Source of the DNA: Callorhinchus milii
Lineage: Eukaryota
DNA length: 64,000 nucleotides
Direction of reading: 5' to 3'
NCBI RefSeq assembly: GCF_018977255.1
Contig: NW_024704743.1
Coordinates: 35,466,001 to 35,530,000 of the forward strand
The position numbers were made by a program, and so were the translations under genes. Shown here one piece after another: positions 37,320 through 50,100 of this stretch (position 1 is the first letter of the stretch; each line of letters opens with the position of its first letter). The notes beneath the pieces are model-generated. The model was not told where the DNA came from. It ran no database searches and saw only the letters and a list, made by a program, of their open reading frames with translations.

Positions 37320-38704
37320 CTGAATACTGGAGAGGTGCTGGGGGACTGGAGAAAGGACGGATGTTACTCCTGTTTTTAAGAAAGGTAACAGGAAACTACA
37401 GACCAGTAAGTTTAAGTCCATTGTGGGAAAAATTATGGAGACTCTTGTGAAGGATAACATCATGGAACATCTGGACAGAAATAAAATCCTAAATGATAGC
37501 CAATATGGGTTCATGAAGGGGAGGTCTTGCCAATCTAATTTACTGTTTTTCTTTGACAGAGTGACAAGGGAGTTTGATAAGGGTAAGGCTGTGGATGTGT
37601 ATATCTGGATTTCAGTAAGGCCTTTGATGCAGTTCCTCTTGAGAGGCTGATACTGAAAGTAAAGAAAATGGGAATCAGTGGAGGTATATTACAATGGATA
37701 CCCAATTGGTTGACTGGACGAACCCATACAGGGAATGTCATCAGACTGGGAAAATGTTACCAGTGGAGTTCCACAATGGTCTGTTTTGGGACCTCTTTGT
37801 TTAATATTTTCATAAATGATCTGGAACGAGGAGTCTCAGTCACAGTGGCTACGTTTGTACATGACACCAAGCTAATGAAGGTGATAGATTGTGAAGCTGA
37901 ACAAGATAGGTTATAGGAGGATTTGAACATACTTGAGGATTGGGCAGATCAGTGGCAGATGAAATTTGATGTGGAGAAATGTAAAAATACTTCACATGGG
38001 GACAAAAAATCCTGGAAGGCACTATTATTTGAATGGAAGGAAAATAATATGTATGGAAAATGAAAAGGATCTGGTGGTCCTGATTGACAATAAATTGAAG
38101 CTCTCCCAATAATGCTCTGTGTCAGTGAATAAAGCAAGCCAGATGTTGGGATGCATCAAAAGATCAATAGCAAGCCAAAATAGTGGGGTAATCCTCCCAC
38201 TGTATAAATCATTGCTGAGACCATACTTGGAATACTGTGTACAGTTCTGGTGACTCCAATACAAAAAAGATATTGGAGAAATCGAGAAGATACAGAGGAG
38301 GGCATCCAAAATGATTGAGGGAATGGAAGGATTGGACTATGAGGAGTGACTAAGTAAATTGGGCATGTTCATGCTGGAAAAGGGAAGATTGCTGTCTTTA
38401 AGATTCTAAAGGGGCTGTACAATATAGATCATGACTGGCTGTTTCAACTTGTCCAGAATAGTAAAACTAGAGGACACGGCCTGCGATTGAAGGGGGGTAA
38501 ATTCAGAATGCATCTACACAAACATTATTTCAGTGAGCGAATAGTGAACCTACCTGTGGAACGAACTCCCTGGGGAGATGGTTGAACATTATGGGATATA
38601 GTACATAGGTGTATATGTGCATGCGACCGACAGGAAGGTGGAAGGTGAACTAGATGGACCTTGTTCTTTTTTCATCTAGCATTTCTTATGTTCTTATGTT
38701 CTTA
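37320..38704 (+). mobile_element. CR1 LINE ORF2 (RT) remnant with (TTCTTATG)n tail
   Basis: SQYGFMKGRSCQSNL, LFNIFINDL and FVHDTKL motifs; frameshifted. Confidence 0.92.
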
Positions 38705-39669
38705 AAATGTCAACCATGCAAAATACACATCTTTCCATTCCCAAGTGATACTATCATCTTGGCCTCAACAATTACTTGTGGCAAATCATTCCAATAATCT
38801 GTGGCATAAAAACATTTCTTCTAATCTCCCATTTAACTCTATCAGTTCATTAGTTTAAGTCTTGAAGATCTGCAAGGGGTGGTTAGAATTCAGCTATTTG
38901 ATAATCACTTTGAGTAATGCTGGTGAGACTTTATGGGACCCCATTGAATCCCCATGAATTGTAGACTAGTGCTGTATCTAGTATTTGTCGTTATTGTTTG
39001 TGTTATTGTGGGCCTGCAATAACTGTGAACAATTGTATTTTACACTTTCTTTGTCTCTGACATCTTCAAATATTTTCAATATCAAATGTTAATTGAACAA
39101 TTAATTCAAAAACATTTTCAGAATGCTTGCTGTTCCTTCAATATTAAGGAAAATCTAGATTGTACCTTTCAGAAATGAAAACACTTTTGAGACATTCTGG
39201 ATATGATGAGAGAGATTATTATGTACAGATCTGAAACATAATCTAAGTAAAATAGCATAAAGATATTTAACCTTTCTTTGTCCTTCAAAGGTAAGAATTA
39301 TATTGTATTGATATTCGAAACAACACAATATTTAATTGAGTCTTTAGTGCATTTTCAATATCACAAAATGAATCAGAGCTAGGCTGAAGTTAGATACAAT
39401 TTCATGCAAATTGGAGATGTAGCTTTGGGAATTGTGAAAAGCATACATAACGGAGAAGTACTATTAGAATATAACTCTCAATCCAAACTGTTACTTGCTC
39501 AAAACAAGTAATATTAAAAGTGTAAGGAATTAGGAAGGTTAGAATGTGCAGAAGACAACAAATCATCATCTGATAAGACAGCACAGATCATCAGGACTGA
39601 TATGATTGTTGAAGGCATTTATCGCACTGAGGTATTTTCTCCCGCAACCTTTAAGTAATCATCAGTTTG

Positions 39670-39990
39670 GATTCAGAAGGTTGAAGGTTCAAACCCCACT
39701 TCGGTACTTGAGCTCATAGACTAGACCGACAATCCAGTGCTGTACTGTGGATGAGTCTATTTATCGGTAGTTCAGTCTTTTGAATAAGATATTGAACAGT
39801 GGCCCTGTTTGTCTTTTCAGGCAGACATTAGAGATCCCATGGCATCATTTAAAAAAATATTTTTTCTCAGAGTCCTGGCTAATAATCTTCCAGGTAAGTT
39901 GGTCATTTACTTCATGATGCAAAGTTTGCTAATTTTTGCCTACAAAAGCAGTCACTACACCTGACAATCATTATCTGTTGAGCACTTAGA
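39670..39990 (+). mobile_element. Older DeuSINE (SacSINE1-like), decayed
   Basis: CAGAAGGTTG..GGTTCAAACCCCACT..CTTGAGC.CATA shared with the copies at 40502, 60502 and 62441. Confidence 0.65.
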
Positions 39991-40501
39991 AATATTTTGG
40001 ATTTAAAAGAAATAATTTCTTATTCATTTGCTTTCCAGTCAGGTAATTATGTTTGTTATTTTGAACAAGTAAGCAGTGCTGCTTATGGTTGGGGCCTTTC
40101 ATATCATCTAACAATTATTTGTACATCATTGTCTTCCTAACCACCAACCTGTCCAATTTAAAACCATCTTTGCCTCATTTTATGTGATACTACTATTTAT
40201 GAGTCGTAATACTCTCTTCTGAATGATTCTAGGTTTTTCTCATCATCTTCAGACAGACAGAGTGTCACATCTGACAGGCATACTCTTGGCATGGATGATT
40301 CTCTTACATAAACCAGCTTTTCCATAATGTTCAGATAAAACATGTGCTACAGAATAAGCCTCAGCCTTTTCTTCAACAAGAACTCGTTTGGTGTACGCAA
40401 ATTAAATCTCCATCAAAATTAAAAGCAGTGATGCTGAAAAGACTGTAACTACTCTTTGTGAAAGGCAGTATAAAATGAAATAAGTTACACTGTACTTTGG
40501 T

Positions 40502-40882
40502 ATCAGCCTGGCTGTGTGTCAGAGATTGTGGGTTCAAACCCCATGCCAGGGTTTTGAATTCACAGTCTAGGCTGACACTCTAATGCAGTACTGAGGCCTT
40601 GCTGCATTGTTGGAGGTACCATCCTTCAGATGAGATGTTAAACCAAGTTCCTGTCTGCTTCTTCAGGTGGACTTTAAAAATCCCATGGCACACTTGAAAA
40701 AATAAGTTTCTTCCAGTGTCCTGGCCAACAATCCGCCAGATAAAAAATAGTCATTCATTCATTAGCTGTTTGTGTGGGACACTGCTGTGTTTATCTACAA
40801 ATCACTAGATTTCACAGTAAAATACCCGTTGCGACATCTCGATGATTGATAAGGCGACATACCAAATACAACTATTATTATT
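40502..40882 (+). mobile_element. DeuSINE (SacSINE1-like), near full length
   Basis: tRNA-like head, GCTGCATTGTTGGAGGT..GATGAGATGTTAAACC, GTCCTGGCCAAC, GCTGTTTGTG..GGACACTGCTGTG, (TTA) tail. Confidence 0.8.
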
Positions 40883-42063
40883 TCCAAACAAGTTTTTCTG
40901 GACCAATAGTCAGTGATGGATGTTGTTGAATACAATTAATTTTTGCTGTGGGAACATTTTGCAATAATACTTTATTTATCAATCAAGAACTGGCTGGAGA
41001 TTCAGGTATTCAGATTGAACTATTAGAATTCCACTTAAATTTCAAGAATTACCTCAGGAAGAAAGGTGTGCCAATATGATGTTAAGCACCAAGATTGTTA
41101 AAACTGCCTACTTTACATTAAAAGGTGGGTTTAACAGTAATCAGAGTAGAAAAAAACAAACAGCTTGGCTGCTGAATGATTTAGTGGCCAGAGTTTCTGA
41201 CTCTCCTTCCATACAGGGGGAATGAAGAGAAATTACACCTGTGTCTACATTTACTCTATTCATGTAGAATCCCCCGAATTATACTGGGCCATAAATTATT
41301 TTTAAAGGGAATGAGAGATAGATGCTTGAAAAGGAGCAATGAAAGGGTATGGGCAGTGATCGGGAAAGGGATTACCTGTGTCCTCATCCTTGAGTGTTCA
41401 GCACCTTGGGACATCATCCCGATGTGAAAGGCGCTTTACAAATGTAATTTTGTATTGCATTGTATTAGAAATTAGGTGCCTCACATGACGAAAAACACCA
41501 GGGTAGACTTCATGGGTCCAGTGCTCTGTTTCTGTGCTATAACTTTCTAAGATTGTATGACTTAGATGTCAACACAGGCTCAAGTGGAAACCACCAAATT
41601 TAGTGGCACTAACTGCTCCTAAAGGCAGGTAAATTGGTGTTATGTAACGTGTTTGCTGTCGGCGTTGCTTCCACTGTCGACGGCAAACATGGAATATACT
41701 ACAAATGGGGTACTGGAAAGAGTTTTCTGTTTCTTTGCACATTTTTAATTGCAGTAAAGTTGTTTTCCTGAATAGAAATTAATCGTGGGGGTGATATTTT
41801 CAAACTGCATTTCTGGTTTGTGATTCTGGTATTTGAAATGTAGCTTGTGTATCCCAAAGTCTAAAAACACTCCCAGCGAGCAGGCCCTGACTGGTTTGCT
41901 CATTTGCCTTTTCAGATTGATTGGAATTTGTCGGCTGTGAATTTCACAAAGTGCACATCGTAAACTAGAAGGAGACTTGATTAACGCATTTCATCCAATT
42001 TGGAAATATCCCAAATTAGACCTTAGTGTAAAATTTTTAACTGACTGTATTTGGCTACTAATG

Positions 42064-42440
42064 ATAACAACAACAACAACAACAACCTGTGCCCCTCATG
42101 TAGGACAGCATTTCAGAGCACTTGACAGTGGTGGAGCCTGACACCGAGCCAGTGGGTGTTGGACAACCGTAAGCATGGTCAAAGAGGTAGGTCTTCAGAT
42201 GTGACCTGAAGATCGGGAAGGAGGGGGCAAGGACAAGGGATTGAAAGAGCGTTTTCAAGAGTTTTGGGGCATAGTGGCTGAAAGCACAGCCACCAGTGGT
42301 GGAACAGAGGGCACGAGGGTCAAGCAGTTGAGCAGGGACAACAGGTAGTGCATTGGGGAGTAAGCAGTTTGGAGAGGTAGCGAGGTGCCGAGGCATGAAG
42401 GGATTTGAAGACGAGTATGAGGATCTTGAAATCAACCATG
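42064..42440 (-). mobile_element. L2 LINE 3' end with (TTG)n tail
   Basis: GGCAFSHYAPKL...HLKTYLF motif in the minus-strand ORF. Confidence 0.85.
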
Positions 42441-44602
42441 CTTTCATGTTCATTCATTCATCATGCTGTGTGTTGATTCAATGTAGAATTCTGGCGTTAA
42501 AGAAGATGAGATGAAGAATGGGGAAAAATAAAACACTCAATTAAAATTTACAGCTATTCCTATTTAACAGGAATGAATCCAAGACTCGAAGATAGTGTTT
42601 GAGGATTTTATGTTGATTTTCCCTTGCTAGAAATTTGAAGTTATTACATTTCTCCCCAACCTATTGCTTTGAACTAATGTATATAAAGCCTTGGATGGGG
42701 AACAAGAAGCTGAGATGAACAGGTAGAGCTCCTGTGAGATCCTGGCTGACAAATGTGTTGCTGATGGAATGACTGCAGCATTGCCTCCTCCCAGAGACTG
42801 CAATGGCAAAAGCTGCTCTGCATCTCAATGAGGGAAAAGTCAGTTCAAATTCTCTCTCTCAAAGCAAACAGCTCTGCAGTTCTGCCTGTGATTGGAGAAA
42901 GATACATGCCGTGTGATGAAGCATGAAGTCGAGATGGATTGAACCTTTCTTTTCACCCTTGTCACCTGTTGAAATGCCATTAAGGTTGATAATGAACAGA
43001 AAAAGTCTGAGTGATGTGGAGGGCTGCACACTGGGCGAGTAAAGTGAGATCACATCAGAAACCAGCCAATTCAGAGCTGATTTGCACAAGAAGAGAGGCT
43101 TTCCAAGTGCTGGGGTTTCCGTGTGTCTCTAATCCGTCCTTCTGACTGAGAAATCCCCTTAGAACCAACGCATTGGTGGGCGGGGCAATGAGAAGAGAAT
43201 GATAAAGAATAATCATGTGCAATCATTGTACTTTCTATCCTGAGGAGCAAGGTTTTAACAGCCTGGAGGATATGAGCTATGTCTCCAAATTCATGATCTA
43301 CTCCAGTCTTTTTAAGTACAGTAGTTGCCTGCAAGCTTTTAAACATATAAATGAATATCTAGTATAACAGTAGTGCTCTTATATTAAAATTAAGAGCTCT
43401 TCTTGGAATAAAGTGATTCTTTTAATAATATATCACTCTCAAATTTTGATATGGTAAATTTTTCCACCTTCGTGGATGATTACAGGTTTGTTTAAAGTAA
43501 AGTATTACCAGTGGGATTATAATAATACAAAATAATAAACCTTGCATTTGATATACCATCGGGAGCAACGTCTCAAAGTGCTTTATAGGATTTGCTGTAA
43601 AGTGTAGTGACTGTATTTTGTAGATGAACAGGGCAGACAATTTTTACAAAACAATCTCCCCAAATCAGCCACGATTTAAGGTAATTGATTAACTATGAGA
43701 TATCTGTGTTGAGAGTAATATGTTGTATCAAGGCTGAGACTGATAGATTTTTTTTAAAAATGGAGGGATTAGGGGATATGGGGATAGGGCAGGTAATTAG
43801 AGTTAGGTCAGAAGATCAGCTATGATCTTATCGAATGGCGGGGCAGGCTCGAGCGGCCGAATGGCCTACTCCTGCTCCTAATTCTTATGTTCTTATGTTC
43901 TTATGTATCTTTGTAACATGTTCATTAATCAAGTTCAGATGGGTGTCTGACACAAATCGAAACTCATCCATACTTACCAGCATCCACACAATACTGAATG
44001 TTTCACATATGTGTGGAAGTTTCCATTTGTCAGGTATGGAATGCGTACTCTTTTCCCTGAGGGATTCACCCTGCTCACTCCAAGCAAGCTGCAAATGGGT
44101 AGCTGAGCCTTCAATTCTTACGCCCCTAACTACTCCCTCCCTCTAACCCTCCGTCTCGCTCTCTTTCTGTCTTTAAGTCCTGCCTTAAATCCTACCTTTT
44201 CTAACCTGCGTATGGCCACCTCTCCCTCTCCCTTGATCGGTGTCAAATCCCATCCCTGTAAAGCGTTCTAAGATATTACTCCAAGTGAAGGGCGCTCTAT
44301 AAATAAAAATTGCTGTGGTCTGAACAACATTAACAAAGTGCTAACAAGTGGATTGCAAGGCTTGCTCAAATCAGCAGATGTGGATAAAGGAAGAGGGGTA
44401 TAAGTACACAACGTATTTAATTGGGCGGCAGAGATCTGGCATCATAGTGAATCCTAATCTTGTTAACGCTAATATCTACCCACCTGCACTTTCCATCGTG
44501 CTGTCATTGCACTCTACTCCATGATGCTACCCCGCTTAAAGGGTTCCATTGAAATGCAAGTTGTTGTTTTTGCACAGTGATTGGGAGTGGGTGTTTTGTT
44601 TC

Positions 44603-44725
44603 GGTCGTGAACCCGAAACGTTGACTCACTTTCCTTTCTCCATAGATGCTGCCTGACCTGCTGAGTTTTCCAGGCTCTCTCTGTTTTTGTTTCAGATTCC
44701 AGCATCTGCAGTATTTTGCGTTTTG
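44603..44725 (+). mobile_element. Penelope-like element terminal-repeat remnant
   Basis: ggtcgtgaacc-CGAAACGTTGACTC...CATAGATGCTGCCTGACCTGCTGAG...TTCAGATTCCAGCATCTGCAG; second copy at 3680-3794. Confidence 0.6.
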
Positions 44726-45187
44726 TTCTGTATTTTTGAACTGTGCAGAAATATAGTTTTAACGTGTCATCTCTGCTCAGAAATGTATTGCAGAAATAAA
44801 CTGTTTTAGCACTAAATGGTGAAATTGCCTTCATGCCCGGCCATCGATTCATTTGTTTGCAGTCAGATCTGTGAGAACCTGCAACAAAGTTGATAGAACA
44901 ACAGGTCCTGTGCGCCACCTGGTGGTAGCACTTTAGCCACTTCCATAAAAGGGTGACTTGTTGTAAGGGTATTATTTTCTGTTTTGAACCCAAATACTGA
45001 ACAAGCAATTCATTGTGAAACCAAAGGAGAGGGAACTCATTTAGAACCAATGCAGAATAGAAATGTTTGGAGAGAAAGGCATCAGGAACTAGAAGTGTGA
45101 CATTTTACAAATATGATGCAAACTATTCTGATACCAAAGTGTGTGAATCAATATGCCGGGCAGCTTAGTTGGTTGTATTGGGACTTT

Positions 45188-45502
45188 TGGAGTCCTGTAG
45201 CTCAGTGGTTAGAGCGCTCGCTTTGCAAGCAAGACACCTGAGTTCAATTCCAGGCAGGGCGAAACCTTGGGCAAGTTTCTTTACTCCACATGCCTAATAA
45301 TAATCCCTCCAAAACAAAAAAATAATAAATTGGTCATTTTCAATCCATGACTGTTTGTGGGACACTGCTGTGCGCAGATGGCTGCCGCGTCTCGCCCACA
45401 AATATACAGTCAATTCACTTTACAGTCTGTTCAGTGAAGCCCTTTGAGACGTCGAGAAGCTGTGAAAAGCGTTATATCAAATGCAAGGATTATTATTATT
45501 AT
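45188..45502 (+). mobile_element. tRNA(Ala)-derived SINE, short form, full length
   Basis: Colinear with 9276-9572. Confidence 0.9.
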
Positions 45503-45889
45503 CTCTGTGTTGGAATGTCAATGGTTCCTTTCTGAGGTTGATATCCAGGGGTCAGGACACCGGAAGTAATTGTTCTTAAATAGTGCCATGGGATCCTTAA
45601 AGTCCACCTGAACAGGCAGATAGGACTTTGGTTTTAATGCCTCATCTGTATGACAGAACCTCCAACAATGCAGCACATCTCTAACAATCCATTAGCATAA
45701 ATGCTTACATGGTGAGAATTACCATCTGAGTTAATACTGCTTTCATAGCCCAGTGGCCACAAATATTTATTTTAACAAAGCACTCTGGTTACATGAGCAA
45801 ATTTTATTTGAGTTGTTCTGATATAAAAATTCACAATGAAAACGGGCAGTTACATTGTTTTCAGCAGATTATCACTACAGGTACCAAAC

Positions 45890-46470
45890 TCTACACCCCC
45901 ATCACTCCAATCTTTGCTTGGCTCCTTTGGCTCTCTGTCGCAGAACGGATTGATTTCAAGACACTCAAATTCACTTGCAAATTACACCTTGCCCGAGCAC
46001 CTCCCTATCTCTCCAATCTGCTCACACTCCACTCTATTCATGACTGTTGTGGGAGACTGCTGTGCGCAATTGGCTGCGCGTTTCATCTACAAAATACATG
46101 ACAATATATTCTGTGAAGCACTTTGAAACGTCTCGAAGACATGATAAGGTGCTATATCAGTGCAAGGGGTATTATTATTTAAATTGGGCTCAGCCGTCTG
46201 ATACCTTCTGCGTGCCCTTTAACTCATCCACCATCGGTGGCCATATTTTCAGGTAATACTCACAAACCTCTGGAACTCCCTGCCTCAATCCCTATGCTTT
46301 GCACCCTCTTTGACTTTCTTCAGATAACACCTGAAGACTTTCCTCTTCAACTGTGCCTACAATCACATTCCCTTTCTCCCTGATTCAGTGTCAAGCAATA
46401 CCATTGTTCAGCTCTCCAAGACACTACTCCTCGTGAACGCTGCTATATAAATGCAAATTTTTGTTGTTGC
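45890..46470 (+). mobile_element. L2 3' fragment interrupted by a SINE 3' half (~46035-46180)
   Basis: PITPIFAWLLWL..ERIDFK motif, then a Deu-like block, then the L2 3' end and tail. Confidence 0.75.
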
Positions 46471-46524
46471 AGGTAGTGATGACAATGCACATAGCTTACC
46501 AGGGAGGCTCAGTTGCAGTCATTT

Positions 46525-47170
46525 TGTCAGTTGACTTGTCGCTCACTATGTCAAAACAATGTGAGGCAAAAATAAACAAGGCAAACAGGATACTGGGCTA
46601 TATTACTAAATCAATTGGATTTAGATTCCCAGCTGTCATACTCGGACTATACAGTGCTCTGGTCAGTCTGTACCTTGATTACTGCATACAGTTCTTGTCA
46701 CTGTAACAAAAAGGGGGTTCTCAGGCCCCAAAGAAGACCCAGAGGAGAGTCATGAGGATGATCCTCAGTGTAAGCGAAATTAGATATGAGCCATGATTAG
46801 ACAAGCTAGGGCTCTTTAGGCTTGAAAAAAGATGGTTCGGAGACGCATAGAGGTGTATAAAATTTCAAATGGAATGGAAAAAATAAACCAAGATCAATAC
46901 TTTACAATGCATCAAGACAGCAAGACGAGTGGACGTAGGTGTAACATTGTAAGGGGCAACTTTAGGACAGATACCAGGAGGTTTTTCTTTACACAGAGAG
47001 TAATCAACCACTGTAACAGATTGCCAGGAAAGATGGTAGAGGTCAGGGCACTGGACTCATTTAAAAAGCAGCTTGATGCTGTGATGGGAAGATGGTAAGG
47101 TGGATGTTCTGGAGGGATGAGATTGGATGGGCCAAAGGGTTTTCTTCACAAGACCAACTTATGATCTTGT
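46525..47170 (+). mobile_element. CR1 LINE 3' fragment
   Basis: KANRILGYI, LYSALV..LDYCIQF and FFTQRVIN motifs. Confidence 0.88.
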
Positions 47171-50100
47171 GACATCCAGTTTACCAGTCATAATTACAAC
47201 TAACACATTTGCATTGAATAATCAAAATAAAGAAAAATTGGAAGAAATAGAGTAGGGATGTAAAGATATGCTGGATATGAGAGTTGTAAATACAGTCACA
47301 TCAGAGAATAAAATGTTATGAAACATACTCTCTTCATAATGCCACGGAACTTTGGATTTCTCTCTGAAGGACCAAAATAATGAAGATTTAAGAGTTACAT
47401 GACTAAACATTTGTAAGGACTTGAGTTTTCCCACACACAAAAAAACATATGTTGAGCTCTGGATGTCAACTAAGCCATCTGGTTGGCGTGGAAAAATGGA
47501 AGTGTGACTCTCCTACTCCTCTCAGCAGAACAGTTGAAAAGCAACACAGGCACAGTCGTGCAAACACGTAACATTGCCTGCTCAATATACTGGGGATAGC
47601 ATTTGGCTGGAGACGTAAAGCAGCAGAAGAAAATCATTTGCAAAATGTGCTGGTGGGTGTGAAGGAGGAGGAGGGGGACAAGAAATGTCATGAACAGAGT
47701 GCAATACCTATCTCTTTTGCATTCACCCACAGAAAACATTCAGTCTTATAGAATGAACGGAAATTTACCTCTGAGACTCAACAAAAACATGCAGAAAAAC
47801 GAACATCTATTAACCCATTGGCTGCCAGGATTGCCCTATTGGGGGTCGAATCCACAAGCATCTATGAATGAAATCCCTTAATAAGGAATCAAACTTAGTA
47901 AACATGGACTGAAATTATCCATAAATATGCATACCAATTCCTCTTCGACGCTATCAATTTCCAGACTTGTGTTCCCAATAGTTATCAGGAATTCTAATGG
48001 AGAAATACCCCTTGAGAAATGCCATACATTAGACCCCCTCACCCCTTGAAGCAGGTGCCCTTTGTAAAGACTTTGCTATACTGGCTTCTGTCCAAGGTTT
48101 GCAGCTAGCCTCACAATGAACTTTTACAATCTGCATGTTTTGGGAAAGGTCACGAATAAGGCTATACATCTAAATGGGCGGCAAGGTAAATCTGTCAGAG
48201 GTGCAGAATTACTGGTAACACATAAAAGACATTTTTGAGACGTGAATGTTTCTGGCAAGTTGCAATAAATAGTATATCAATAATTAAAATCAATATGGTG
48301 AAGCAGCCTTCTCATGTACCTGTGTAGGAAACTTAAACAGTCCATTGGACTTAAACAGTCCCCAAATTGAAGAACATTTTACCACTTAATAAGAGCTCCC
48401 TCTGGTGGAGGAGGTCACTGATTGTACAGTATTTTGTAATTTACCAAATCATGTTGCTTTATTAAGCAATAGGATATATAAGAATTACTGTGTATTGCAT
48501 GGCATGATATACCAGACATCTCTGATTGCTGGATGCAGTTCAGAAAACGCCTCTGCCACTGCAAAGAAAGTGGGTTTCCTCTGAATGATTTTACTCTGAG
48601 GGTATATTGGGGACACAGAGGATGTTTGCTACAAGTCACAAGTTCTTTCGCCATTCTCCAGATGGAATTGGTGCTGGGGAAGTTATATGTTGGAACGGAT
48701 GCACCTGTTTTTGAAGGTTGTGCCATAGAGGAAGTGGAAGAAAATCTTTTCCAGTCTTTCAATATTTACAAGGCATATAGTGGTGGCGCATTGCACTGTT
48801 CAAATCCTTTTTTAATCTTTTAAGTTCTGAAAGTCCGCCTCGACTTAGCCTGTGAGAATATTTACTCTTAAATTTGGCTAACCCTTCACCTTCAATTCTT
48901 ATTCTTAAATGTTAAAATTGCACAGAATTCTGGAAAATTATTAAATTCGGCATTGATTTGGAAGTTGAAAAGAAATTAAGACAGAATTTTCCATAATTTT
49001 TTGCAATCTTAAATTTCAAGCCTTTAATCTCTTATCTTGATTTATGAGGTGCACATTTCCTGTTTGACATTACTATTCTCACAGGCAGGCATCGATCATG
49101 TTTTATTTGAATTGCGAAGCGCTCTGGGACGCTACCCCTCGTGAAGAGCGCTATATAAATGTAAGTTGGGTAGGACGAGTTTGCAGGGCTATGGGGAGTT
49201 GGGTTGATTTGGATAGCGCTTTTAAAAGAGCTGGCACCGACACATGGGCCAAATAGTTTCCTTTTGTGCTGTATAGTTCTATGATTCTATGAAGTTGTTT
49301 TTGTTGTTGAGGGAGGAGGGAAATGGTGATATGTTATCCACTTGTCAGTAATTTTGCTACAAAGAGCCTAGAAGAATGCCTGAAGGTACCAACAGAATCA
49401 GATGTTTTATTTGAAGAATCCATTAACATGGGTCTTCTTAATGACCTAGTGGGTAAAGGCACTAATCCAAACAGAGCAGTTCCCAGTCTGTGCAGAGTTG
49501 GCTTATGTTTGCTAGACTAATACCTCAGGTACTGTACTGTATTACAACTGGCTTCAATGATCTTATTTACTAACACCCATTTACAGCATGAGAAATGGGT
49601 TTATTATTACTAATAATAATCCTTGCATTTGGTATGGTGCCTTTGATGTCGAGAGGACATCCCAAAGCATCAGGATTTACTGTCATGTGCAGTGTCTGTG
49701 TGTTTGCAGGTTTATGAAACAATTGTAAAAACATGTGTGGATCCAAATAAGTTTGATTATATTGGATTTTCCAAACACCTGTAAATAGATGACCTGTCAT
49801 CTCTGAGTCTCACACATGAATACTGGACACATGGGCAATGCACCAAAAAGTGACCCATCTTATGAACTCATAGCACATTAGAAGGCAAAGGAGTCAAATT
49901 CCTTCAGGAATTGAAAAAGGGTTTCCTGAATTTAGATTAAAAATTGGTCAATGAATACTGTTTACATTGCAATGTGCTTTACACAACATTGACGTTCATC
50001 CATACAATACTGACTTAAATCAATATGTTTTTACTCTTATACTGTGTTAAGCTGAAAATGTTATGATATAAATAGATAGAAAAAAATCAACTTGCCGGAC

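Noticed and set aside
41397..41416. REST/RE1-like TTCAGCACC-TTG-GGACA, and half-site GCTGTCCGTGG at ~28618
   Set aside because: The first has non-canonical spacing and lies in an L2-type tail; the second is only a half-site.
48415..48823. Overlapping ~100-aa ORFs on both strands
   Set aside because: No recognisable domain or consistent splice signals; possibly a very old TE remnant, but unsupported.
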